Shown here one piece after another: positions 17,191 to 26,981 of a stretch of DNA of 33,812 nucleotides. The stretch is from positions 1-33,812 of the forward strand of contig JAUWSB010000002.1 in assembly GCA_030610255.1 (NCBI GenBank), read 5' to 3'. The DNA is from Bacteroidota bacterium (lineage in GTDB: Bacteria > Bacteroidota > Bacteroidia > Bacteroidales > JADFUO01). A program made the translations under genes and the position numbers. Each line of letters opens with the position of its first letter. The first letter of the stretch is position 1. The notes under the pieces are model-generated. The model saw only the letters and a list, made by a program, of their open reading frames with translations, ran no database searches and was not told the DNA's origin.

Positions 17191-19653
17191 ATGAAAATTT
17201 CATACAACTGGCTAAAGAAATACATTGATATTAATTTTGAACCCTTAAAGCTGTCGGAATTGCTTACTGATTGCGGTTTGGAAGTTGAAGGTCTTGAAAA
17301 ATATCAATCAATAAAAGAAGGATTGGAAGGAGTGGTAATTGGTGAGGTAATAACAAAAGAAAAACATCCCAATGCCGATAAATTAAGTTTGACTACTGTT
17401 GATGTTGGTAGCGACAAATTATTAAATATTGTATGCGGTGCACCTAATGTTGCTGCCGGACAGAAAGTGCTTGTTGCCACTATCGGTACGATACTTTATT
17501 TTGAAGATCAATCTTTTGAGATTAAAAAAACAAAGATCAGGGGTGAGATTTCCGAAGGAATGATATGTGCCGAAGATGAACTCGGTTTAGGAACTTCTCA
17601 CGAAGGCATTATGGTACTTGACCCAAATGTAGAGATTGGAGTTAAAGCCAAAGAATATTTTAAAATTGAATACGATTATATTTATGAAATCGGATTAACA
17701 CCTAACCGTTCCGATGCAACTTCCCATATTGGCGTTGCAAGAGATCTTGTAGCTGTTTTTAACTGTTTAAATTCTAATCGTAAGTCAAAATTAAAAATCC
17801 CTTCTGTTATAGATTTTAAAATTGATAATCATAAAAGAGAAATTGATGTTATTATTGAAGATACAGAAGCATGTCCGAGATATTCAGGAATAACAATTTC
17901 AGGCATTCAGGTTAAGGAATCTCCCCAGTGGCTAAAAAATCATTTAAAAACAATTGGAGTGCGACCAATTAATAATATTGTTGATATTGCAAATTTTGTT
18001 CTTTTTGAAACAGGACAACCATTACACGCTTTTGATGCTGATGGAATTCGCGGAGAAAAAGTAATTATTAAAAAACTGGCTCAAGGCACAAAATTTACTA
18101 CTCTTGATGAAATTGAAAGAGAGCTTACTAAAGATGACCTGATGATTTGCAACGAATCTGAAGGAATGTGTATTGCCGGAGTATTTGGTGGTACTAAATC
18201 AGGAGTTACTGAAAAAACAAAAAATATTTTTTTGGAAAGCGCTTATTTCGACCCGAAAACAATCCGTAAAACTTCAAAATATCATGCTCTGCAAACCGAT
18301 GCTTCATTCAGATTTGAAAGAAGCGCTGACCCTAACATTACTGTTTATGCTCTAAAACGGGCAGCCATGCTAATTAAAGAAATTGCGGGCGGAAGTATTT
18401 CATCTGAAATAATGGATGTATATCCCGAGCCAATTAACAAGTGGACTATTGATGTTTTCTATAAAAATATTGATCGCCTGATAGGTAAATCTATTGAAAG
18501 AAAAATAATTAAAAATATTCTAAACGATTTAGGCATAGATATTATTCAGGAATCAGTTGAAGGATTAAAATTATCAATTCCAACTTTTAAAGTTGATGTA
18601 CGACGTGAGGCCGATATTATTGAAGAAATTTTAAGAATATACGGGTATAATAATGTTGAATTTTCAAACCAAGTAAAATCTTCACTGTCGTTCAGTTCAA
18701 AACCTGATAAAGAAAAAATTCAGAATTTAATTTCCGGTTATTTATGTGATAACGGCTTTTCGGAAATTATTAATAATTCTCTTATTAATTCGGCTTATAT
18801 TGAAAAAAATGATTTTCTTGATAAGAAAAATGATGTTAAAATTCTGAATCCCATTAGTAATGATCTGGATGTTTTAAGGCAGTCATTGTTTTTTGGCGGA
18901 TTAGAAACCATTGCTTATAACCAAAACAGAAAAATTACTGATTTAAAATTATTTGAATTTGGAAATATATATTTTTATGATTTTGATAAATTTATTAAAG
19001 ATAATCCCTTAACAAAATATATTGAAACCAAACATCTAACTTTGTTTATAACCGGTCAAAAACTTAAAGAAAGCTGGTCGGTAAGCCCTGATAAAGTTGA
19101 TTTCTTTTATTTAAAAACATTTATAAATAATATTCTGAAACGACTAAGTATTGATATTTCAAAAATGGAAATAAGTTTAAAAACTTCAAGCAATTTTCAG
19201 GAAGGTATGTTATATACCTTAAAAAAATCAAAACTTGTTGAATTTGGCTCTGTTTCAAAAAATCCTTTGAAAGATTTCGGAATAAAACAAGAAGTTTTTT
19301 ATGCTGATTTTAACTGGGATTTGGTATTGGATGCAGTAAAAGATAATAAAATCAAATATCATGATATTCCCAAATATCCTGAGGTAAGACGTGATCTTGC
19401 ACTTTTAATTGATAAAAATATCCAATTTGAAGATATTGAAAAACTTGCTTATCAAACTGAAAAACAATTATTAAAATCCGTTAATTTATTTGACATTTAC
19501 GAAGGAGATAAAATAGAAACAGGTAAAAAATCTTATGCTGTCAGTTTTATCTTTCAAAATCCTGAAAAAACTTTAACAGATAAAATTGTTGATAAGGTTA
19601 TGAACAGGCTTATATCTGCTATTGAAAAAAACTTTAATGCAAAGATAAGGTAG
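17191..19653 (+). CDS. pheT: phenylalanine--tRNA ligase beta subunit
   Basis: MKISYNWLKKYI start, tRNA-binding domain (KHPNADKL), B3/4 and B5 domains, C-terminal FDX-ACB (YEGDKIETGKKSYAVSF). 820 aa. Confidence 0.97.
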   Translation: MKISYNWLKKYIDINFEPLKLSELLTDCGLEVEGLEKYQSIKEGLEGVVIGEVITKEKHPNADKLSLTTVDVGSDKLLNIVCGAPNVAAGQKVLVATIGTILYFEDQSFEIKKTKIRGEISEGMICAEDELGLGTSHEGIMVLDPNVEIGVKAKEYFKIEYDYIYEIGLTPNRSDATSHIGVARDLVAVFNCLNSNRKSKLKIPSVIDFKIDNHKREIDVIIEDTEACPRYSGITISGIQVKESPQWLKNHLKTIGVRPINNIVDIANFVLFETGQPLHAFDADGIRGEKVIIKKLAQGTKFTTLDEIERELTKDDLMICNESEGMCIAGVFGGTKSGVTEKTKNIFLESAYFDPKTIRKTSKYHALQTDASFRFERSADPNITVYALKRAAMLIKEIAGGSISSEIMDVYPEPINKWTIDVFYKNIDRLIGKSIERKIIKNILNDLGIDIIQESVEGLKLSIPTFKVDVRREADIIEEILRIYGYNNVEFSNQVKSSLSFSSKPDKEKIQNLISGYLCDNGFSEIINNSLINSAYIEKNDFLDKKNDVKILNPISNDLDVLRQSLFFGGLETIAYNQNRKITDLKLFEFGNIYFYDFDKFIKDNPLTKYIETKHLTLFITGQKLKESWSVSPDKVDFFYLKTFINNILKRLSIDISKMEISLKTSSNFQEGMLYTLKKSKLVEFGSVSKNPLKDFGIKQEVFYADFNWDLVLDAVKDNKIKYHDIPKYPEVRRDLALLIDKNIQFEDIEKLAYQTEKQLLKSVNLFDIYEGDKIETGKKSYAVSFIFQNPEKTLTDKIVDKVMNRLISAIEKNFNAKIR

Positions 19654-19745
19654 AAATATTTTTATTTTTGGATAAAATGTAATTACTTTGCCGCCCATTA
19701 AAATCCTGAAAACAAATTCAATTTAAAAATCACAATTAAATTAAC

Positions 19746-21404
19746 ATGGAAAAAAACAAAGATATATCTTATTCGGTTAGTCCAACCGGTGAAAAATTTG
19801 CAATTCCTCAAAAGGAAGATTATGCGAAAGAATACAAACAACTTGAAGATCAGGTTAATAAAGCTCGTAAAGAAGGTAAAGAAATTGTTGTTGTAATGGG
19901 TGTTGGTTTTGTTGGTGCAGTTATGGCAGCAATTGTAGCAGATACCGAAGACGAAAACAGTAATCCAAGTAAATTTGTAATCGGATGCCAAAGACCAAGC
20001 CTTAGAAGTTACTGGAAAATTCCAGTATTAAACAGAGGTGAATCACCTGTAAAAGCTGAAGACCCCGAAGTAGATGAATTGATTAAGAGATGCGTTAATG
20101 ATAAAAAAACTCTTATTGCTACATATAACAGCGATTGTTTAAAACTTGCTGATTGTGTTGTTGTTGACGTTCAATGCGATTATGCAAAACAAGAGCTTGG
20201 AAACATGAAAACAGGCGAAGCAGATATGGCAGCACTTGAAGCCACTTTAAAAACAATTGGTGAAAAGATTCCGAAAAATTGTTTAGTATTAATTGAAACA
20301 ACCGTCGCTCCCGGAACTACAGAATTTGTTGCATGGCCCATACTTAAAAAAGAATTTAAAAAACGCGGACTAAGTGCTACTCCTTTGCTTTCACATAGCT
20401 TTGAAAGAGTTATGCCCGGAAAGGAATATGTATCAAGCATACGCGATTTTTGGCGGGTTTGTTCAGGTTGTAATAAGGAAGCCCGTGACAGAGTAGAAAA
20501 ATTTCTACATGAAGTCTTGAATACAAAAGATTATCCCTTAACTGTTATGGACAGACCTATTGAATCTGAAACTACAAAAATCGTTGAAAACTCATATCGT
20601 GCAACAATCTTAGCTTATCTGAACGAATGGAGTCTTTTCGCAGAACGTAACGGTGTTGATTTAATTAAAGTTATCAAGGCAATTAAAATGCGTCCGACTC
20701 ATAGTAATATGATTTTCCCGGGTCCCGGAATAGGCGGATATTGTTTACCTAAAGATGGCGGACTTGGTTACTGGGCATATAAGCATATTCTTGGATTTGA
20801 AGATGGTGATGAAATATTCAAAATTACTCCTACAGCTATTGATATTAATGACACTCGTTCATTGCATGTTGCTCAGCTAACTCGCGATGCTTTGCGTAAC
20901 ATGTCAAGGTATATTGCAGGAGCTGATGTTCTGATTGCAGGGGCGAGCTACAGAGAGGATGTAGGTGATACACGTTATAGCGGAAGCGAAATGGTTGTCC
21001 GCAAATTAAGCGAAATGGGTGCAGAAATGCGTGTTCATGATCCTTATGTTGAACATTGGTATGAACTGGAAACACAAGATACTTATCCTGCACCCGGACA
21101 ATCATGGGGTCGCTTTTTCCGCAATCAGGAACATTTGGTTGATATTCGTGTTCAAAAAGATTTAAGTAAAGCTCTTAAAGGCGTTGAAGCATTTATTTTA
21201 GCAGTGCCTCATGAAGAATATATTGATCTTTCACCTGATGATATAGTAAAATGGGCAGGTCAGCCAATTGCTGTGATTGATTGCTTCGGGATACTTACAG
21301 ATGATAAAATTCGACGATACTATGAACTTGGTTGCGAAGTCAAAGCTCTCGGACGTGGTCATCTTCAACGTATTAAAAAAGAAGTAAAAAATGGGCAAGA
21401 ATAA
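19746..21404 (+). CDS. nucleotide-sugar dehydrogenase family protein (UDP-glucose/GDP-mannose dehydrogenase-like), unusually long
   Basis: Rossmann motif VVVMGVGFVGAVMA. Catalytic-Cys motif GIGGYCLPKDG. C-terminal UDP-binding-type region (AGASYREDVGDTRYS). 552 aa, versus roughly 400-450 for typical family members. Confidence 0.85.
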   Translation: MEKNKDISYSVSPTGEKFAIPQKEDYAKEYKQLEDQVNKARKEGKEIVVVMGVGFVGAVMAAIVADTEDENSNPSKFVIGCQRPSLRSYWKIPVLNRGESPVKAEDPEVDELIKRCVNDKKTLIATYNSDCLKLADCVVVDVQCDYAKQELGNMKTGEADMAALEATLKTIGEKIPKNCLVLIETTVAPGTTEFVAWPILKKEFKKRGLSATPLLSHSFERVMPGKEYVSSIRDFWRVCSGCNKEARDRVEKFLHEVLNTKDYPLTVMDRPIESETTKIVENSYRATILAYLNEWSLFAERNGVDLIKVIKAIKMRPTHSNMIFPGPGIGGYCLPKDGGLGYWAYKHILGFEDGDEIFKITPTAIDINDTRSLHVAQLTRDALRNMSRYIAGADVLIAGASYREDVGDTRYSGSEMVVRKLSEMGAEMRVHDPYVEHWYELETQDTYPAPGQSWGRFFRNQEHLVDIRVQKDLSKALKGVEAFILAVPHEEYIDLSPDDIVKWAGQPIAVIDCFGILTDDKIRRYYELGCEVKALGRGHLQRIKKEVKNGQE

Positions 21405-21430
21405 TCCGAATATTTTTAATATTAACCAAT

Positions 21431-21470
21431 AATCCCCTGAAACATTATCTCTTCGGGGGATTGTTTTTTT
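21431..21470 (+). terminator. rho-independent terminator after the dehydrogenase gene
   Basis: aatcccc...ggggatt stem (21431-21437 / 21456-21462), followed by gttttttt. Confidence 0.7.
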
Positions 21471-21502
21471 ATAACTATTCAGTTTATGAAAAATTTTATA
21501 AT
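21471..21502 (+). repeat. dispersed intergenic motif copy (ATAACTATTCAGTTTATGAAAAAT...)
   Basis: Starts directly after the terminator T-run. Matches the copies at 5745 and 28584. Confidence 0.7.
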
Positions 21503-21584
21503 TTTTATGGTAATAATAAAAATGTTTGTATTATCAATGATAATATAAAAAAATATTAACTTTACAGTTAATTTTATTTCGATA

Positions 21585-22817
21585 ATGGATATACAGTCAA
21601 TAAAACAACGATTTGGAATAATTGGCAATTCACCTTTGCTTAACAGGGCAATTGATATTGCACGACAGGTTGCCCCCACTGATATAACTGTTTTGATAAC
21701 CGGTGAAAGCGGAACAGGAAAAGAAGTATTTCCGAAAATCATTCATCAGTTAAGTGCAAGAAAACATGGACCATACATAGCAGTTAATTGTGGGGCAATT
21801 CCCGAAGGTACTATTGATTCTGAATTATTCGGACATGAGAAAGGTTCATTTACCGGTGCTCACGAGGCTCGAAAAGGATATTTTGAAGTTGTTAACGGTG
21901 GTACTATTTTCTTAGATGAAATTGCCGAACTTCCTTTATCAACACAGGTTAGATTGCTGCGAGTCCTTGAAACAGGTGAGTTTCTTAAAGTAGGATCATC
22001 AAAAGTAATTAAAGTAGATGTAAGAGTAGTTGCCGCTTCAAATGTTGATGTACCCGAAGCAATCAGAGAAGGTAAATTCAGGCAGGACTTGTTTTATCGC
22101 TTAAATACCGTACCTATTTATGTTCCTCCTTTAAGAGAAAGAAAAGAAGATATTATCTTACTTTTCAGAAAATTTGCTTCTGATTTTGCTGAAAAATATC
22201 GTATGCCTTCATTGCAGTTAGATGAAGATGCAAAAAATGTTCTTATTAATTATCGCTGGCAGGGAAATATCAGAGAATTGAAAAATATTACAGAACAAAT
22301 TTCAATTATTGAACAAAACAGGATAATAACTGCCGATATACTTTGGAAATATTTACCCTTAAGCCAAACAAATAAATTACCCGTACTTTATAAAAAAGAA
22401 AGTACTGAAACTGAATTTTCTGAAAGAGACCTGTTGTATAAGGTACTTTTTGATATGAAAAGAGATATAAACGACTTGAAAAAAATTGTTGTTGAAATTT
22501 TGCAAAGCGACGGAGATGATAAAGCTATTCAGGAAAACAAACACCATCTGATCAAACAATTATATCAGGATATTGACTCGGCTGACAAGGAAGATAGCGA
22601 AAATATTGAAATTCAACAAAATATTGATGAAACAATAAATGAGCCAATCCAACATTCGGAAGTTCTTGAAGAATCGCTTTCTCTTCAGAAAAAAGAAATT
22701 GATATGATAAAAAGGGCACTTGAAAAATATAATGGAAAACGAAAAATTGCTGCAAAAGAATTAGGCATATCCGAAAGAACTCTCTATAGAAAAATTAAAG
22801 AATATAATATTAATTAA
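21585..22817 (+). CDS. sigma-54-dependent transcriptional activator (bEBP) lacking an N-terminal sensory/receiver domain
   Basis: The AAA+ domain starts about 10 aa from the N-terminus. Walker A GESGTGKE, sigma-54 contact loop GSFTGA (GAFTGA variant), Walker B IFLDEI, R-finger region FRQDLFYRL. Roughly 100-aa acidic linker. C-terminal Fis-type HTH ([19 protein letters not shown]). Confidence 0.9.
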   Translation: MDIQSIKQRFGIIGNSPLLNRAIDIARQVAPTDITVLITGESGTGKEVFPKIIHQLSARKHGPYIAVNCGAIPEGTIDSELFGHEKGSFTGAHEARKGYFEVVNGGTIFLDEIAELPLSTQVRLLRVLETGEFLKVGSSKVIKVDVRVVAASNVDVPEAIREGKFRQDLFYRLNTVPIYVPPLRERKEDIILLFRKFASDFAEKYRMPSLQLDEDAKNVLINYRWQGNIRELKNITEQISIIEQNRIITADILWKYLPLSQTNKLPVLYKKESTETEFSERDLLYKVLFDMKRDINDLKKIVVEILQSDGDDKAIQENKHHLIKQLYQDIDSADKEDSENIEIQQNIDETINEPIQHSEVLEESLSLQKKEIDMIKRALEKYNGKRKIAAKELGISERTLYRKIKEYNIN

Positions 22818-22866
22818 TCGTTAAAATTTATTTTAACAAACTTTTACAAAGCAATAGTATAAATTG

Positions 22867-23373
22867 ATGAAGCGTTTAATCATAATTTTTATAATACTAA
22901 CCGGTTTGTTTCATATTTCCGGTTGTGGTGTTTACTCTTTCACAGGTGCATCAATACCTGCAGAAGCAAAAACAATTTCGATTCAGTATTTTCCAAACAA
23001 TGCCTCTATGGTTGAACCCACATTAAGTCAGGCTTTTACCGATGCCTTGCGGGATAAATTTGTTTCTCAAACTAATTTAACCCTGGTACAAAAAGGAGGC
23101 GATTTGATGATAGATGGAGCAATTGTTGCTTATACGGTTAAACCTATTGCAATTCAATCTGACCAAACTGCCGCACTGAACCGTTTAACTATTACTGTAA
23201 ATGTAAGATTTACAAATATTTATGATGAAAGCAAAGATTTTGAAACAAGCTTTACAAGATATGAAGATTATCCAAGCAGCGAAGATCTTTCTACTGTTCA
23301 ACAAACTTTAATTGATGAAATAAATGAAATGCTTGTTGATGATATCTTTAACAAGGCTGTTGTTAACTGGTAA
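22867..23373 (+). CDS. lipoprotein, probable LptE family protein
   Basis: MKRLIIIFIILTGLFHISGC lipobox, about 168 aa. The sequence type (GVYSFTGASIP...ISIQYFPN) and its position after the sigma-54 activator match a conserved Bacteroidota arrangement. Family not verified by search. ATG at 22867 is preferred over the TTG at 22864. Confidence 0.55.
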   Translation: MKRLIIIFIILTGLFHISGCGVYSFTGASIPAEAKTISIQYFPNNASMVEPTLSQAFTDALRDKFVSQTNLTLVQKGGDLMIDGAIVAYTVKPIAIQSDQTAALNRLTITVNVRFTNIYDESKDFETSFTRYEDYPSSEDLSTVQQTLIDEINEMLVDDIFNKAVVNW

Positions 23374-23405
23374 AAATATATATAAAGATAAAAGATAAAA
23401 GACAA

Positions 23406-23448
23406 AAGATAAAAGTACATGAATTGTTTTTACTTTTATCTTGTTTTT
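23406..23448 (+). terminator. AT-rich hairpin plus T-run after the lptE-like gene
   Basis: 12-bp perfect stem aagataaaagta (23406-23417) / tacttttatctt (23431-23442), then gttttt. Confidence 0.4.
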
Positions 23449-23482
23449 AACAAACAGTATTTGACATAGAAACATATTATAA

Positions 23483-24271
23483 ATGAACCGTCAGCAATTT
23501 GTAAATTTTATTAAATCTCCTAATGAAATTGATGCCCAAAGCATTAATTTGTTTGAGCAGGTGACAAAAGATTTTCCTTATTGCCAGTCTGCCGAGATTC
23601 TTTATGTTTTAAATTTATTTAAAGAAAAAAGTATAAAATATGATAATCAACTAAAAATTGCCGCTGCATACGCTTCCAATCGTAAAATCCTTAAAAAACT
23701 GATTGATAATATTAATTTTACTGAAGAAAAAATTGAGCTGCCAGACGAATATACTCCCGAAACAGCTAAACAGGAAAAAGAAAAAGATGATAAAGCATTA
23801 TCTGGCCTTAAGGATATAAAAACCGATTCGTATAAAGAAGAAGAACAGGAATTAAGCAAAAAGGATGAATTAAAAAAAATAATTGAAAAACGACTTAAAG
23901 AAATAGGAGACGAAAAACAAAAAAACAAAGCAAAATCAGACCAGACACATCATACCGTTGAAACTATTTTAAACAAAAAAACAACCGTTTCTGATAAAAA
24001 CTTAAAATCAAAAAGCGAGTTAATTGACAAATTCATTAAGGGCGAACCAAGCATCACGCGTGTAAAACCCGGTTTCTACAACCCTGTTGATTCAGCCCGC
24101 CAAAGTATAGTTGATGAAGAAAATATTGTTAGCGAAACTCTTGCAAAAATTTATTACGACCAGGGGATTTATTACAAGGCAATAAAAATTTATGAAAAAT
24201 TAAGTTTGAAATTTCCGAAAAAAAGTAGTATATTTGCAGCCAAAATTAAAAAAATTCAGGAACTCAAATAA
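23483..24271 (+). CDS. hypothetical protein (conserved N-terminal region, K/E-rich linker, TPR-like C-terminus)
   Basis: 262-aa ORF in operon-like spacing. Central low-complexity KE-rich stretch. The C-terminal ETLAKIYYDQGIYYKAIKIYEKLSLKFPKK looks like one TPR motif. No family recognised with confidence. Confidence 0.6.
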   Translation: MNRQQFVNFIKSPNEIDAQSINLFEQVTKDFPYCQSAEILYVLNLFKEKSIKYDNQLKIAAAYASNRKILKKLIDNINFTEEKIELPDEYTPETAKQEKEKDDKALSGLKDIKTDSYKEEEQELSKKDELKKIIEKRLKEIGDEKQKNKAKSDQTHHTVETILNKKTTVSDKNLKSKSELIDKFIKGEPSITRVKPGFYNPVDSARQSIVDEENIVSETLAKIYYDQGIYYKAIKIYEKLSLKFPKKSSIFAAKIKKIQELK

Positions 24272-24314
24272 ATAAAACAAAAAAATATCATTATTTAATT
24301 TAAAAAACAAAAAA

Positions 24315-24647
24315 ATGGGTACATATATTTTAATTTCAGTTTTAATACTTATAATTTGTATTCTTTTGATTTTAGTTGTTTTAGTGCAAAATTCCAAAGG
24401 CGGCGGACTTGCTTCAAACTTTGCCGGGTCAAATCAATACATGGGTGTTAGAAAGACCACTGATTTTCTTGAAAAAACAACATGGTCATTAGCAATTGCA
24501 TTACTGGTTCTTAGCTTGGTTTCAATATTTGTAATTCCAAGAAATACTGACGTTCAGGCAACATTTGATACCGAACTGAGAGAGCAAATTGATAATTCGC
24601 AAACCCAGCCTATTGAGGGTTATCAGGCACCTCCCTCACAGGAATAA
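24315..24647 (+). CDS. secG: preprotein translocase subunit SecG
   Basis: Two TM helices flanking the conserved LVVLVQNSKGGGLASNFAG segment. 110 aa. Confidence 0.9.
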   Translation: MGTYILISVLILIICILLILVVLVQNSKGGGLASNFAGSNQYMGVRKTTDFLEKTTWSLAIALLVLSLVSIFVIPRNTDVQATFDTELREQIDNSQTQPIEGYQAPPSQE

Positions 24648-24660
24648 ACAAAGAAAATCG

Positions 24661-24683
24661 TTAATCCCGAAAGCTTTCGGGAT
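24661..24683 (+). terminator. palindromic hairpin after secG, identical to 7533-7555
   Basis: ttaATCCCGAAAGCTTTCGGGAT, 14 nt after the secG stop. No clear U-tract. Confidence 0.45.
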
Positions 24684-24792
24684 ATTCATTATTCAATTTA
24701 CACTTAAAACAAATTTAAAGCATTTCTCAGAAATCCAGTTGATAAAATGTCAGAATGTCATAAAATCCTGTCATTTTTCTGATTTTCCACTT

Positions 24793-24808
24793 TGGCACAA
24801 AATATGCC
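24793..24808 (+). promoter_or_regulatory. candidate sigma-54 (-24/-12) promoter upstream of groES
   Basis: TGGCAC-AAAAT-ATGCC, with GG at 24794-24795 and GC at 24806-24807, the canonical spacing of TGGCACG-N4-TTGCW. About 60 nt upstream of the groES ATG. Embedded in the palindrome TTTGGCAC (24791-24798) / GTGCCCAAA (24810-24818). Confidence 0.4.
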
Positions 24809-24867
24809 AGTGCCCAAATGTATTTTAGAAAATTATATATTGTCTAACTAGAAAAAAATTATTTATT

Positions 24868-25146
24868 ATGGCAAAATTAAATATTAAACCATTAGCAGAC
24901 CGTGTGATTATTGAGCCTGCTGCTGCAGAAGAAATAACTGCCGGTGGAATTATTATTCCTGATACTGCTAAAGAAAAACCCCTGAAAGGAAAAATCGTAG
25001 CAATTGGAATCGGTAAAAAAGATGAACCGCTAACTGTAAAAGTTGGTGATAACGTTTTATACGGAAAATATGCCGGTACTGAAATTACTATTGATGGCAA
25101 TGATTATCTGATCATGCGTGAATCAGATGTTGTAGCTATTGTTTAA
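24868..25146 (+). CDS. groES: co-chaperonin GroES
   Basis: [12 protein letters not shown]...[22 protein letters not shown]...[14 protein letters not shown]. 92 aa. Confidence 0.97.
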   Translation: MAKLNIKPLADRVIIEPAAAEEITAGGIIIPDTAKEKPLKGKIVAIGIGKKDEPLTVKVGDNVLYGKYAGTEITIDGNDYLIMRESDVVAIV

Positions 25147-25182
25147 AAAAGAAAATTTAAAATATTATTAACTTAAAATTAA

Positions 25183-26835
<1,653 letters not shown>

Positions 26836-26879
26836 ATCAAAAAAAAGTTGACTTTATAGACATGCACTAATTAAATATA

Positions 26880-26908
26880 AGCCCCTCAAAATTTGTGGGG
26901 CTTTTTTT
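26880..26908 (+). terminator. rho-independent terminator after groEL
   Basis: agcccctcaaa-at-tttgtggggct stem-loop followed by ttttttt. Confidence 0.75.
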
Positions 26909-26914
26909 ATGTCG

Positions 26915-26922
26915 TATATTTG
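26915..26922 (+). promoter_or_regulatory. Bacteroidota -7 promoter motif (TATATTTG)
   Basis: TATATTTG followed by CAAT, 60 nt upstream of the ATG at 26982. Confidence 0.4.
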
Positions 26923-26981
26923 CAATATATATAATAATTTTCAGTTTAATTATTTGTAAAATCAATAAAAACTACTAACTG

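Noticed and set aside
19698-21105. Several minus-strand ORFs (19698-19991, 20119-20301, 20180-20440, 20845-21105)
   Set aside because: They are antisense to the nucleotide-sugar dehydrogenase. Their compositions are Cys/His/Phe-rich or otherwise odd, as is typical of non-coding frames.
21479-21742. 87-aa minus-strand ORF spanning the activator start
   Set aside because: It overlaps the 5' end of the sigma-54 activator and an AT-rich spacer. The translation is low-complexity (I/F/K) and there is no support for it.
22377-24397. Minus-strand ORFs 22377-22559, 22552-22755, 23647-23928 and 24200-24397
   Set aside because: They are antisense to the acidic or K/E-rich low-complexity regions of real plus-strand genes, which keep the complementary frames open.
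24589-24828. 79-aa plus-strand ORF covering the secG 3' end and the secG-groES spacer
   Set aside because: It runs through the terminator hairpin and the promoter region. It has no ATG with a plausible context and a basic low-complexity translation. The region is better explained as regulatory DNA.
24648-24867. CIRCE (HrcA) operator upstream of groES
   Set aside because: There is no TTAGCACTC-N9-GAGTGCTAA-like element. The palindrome present (TTTGGCAC-N11-GTGCCCAAA) differs in both sequence and spacing.
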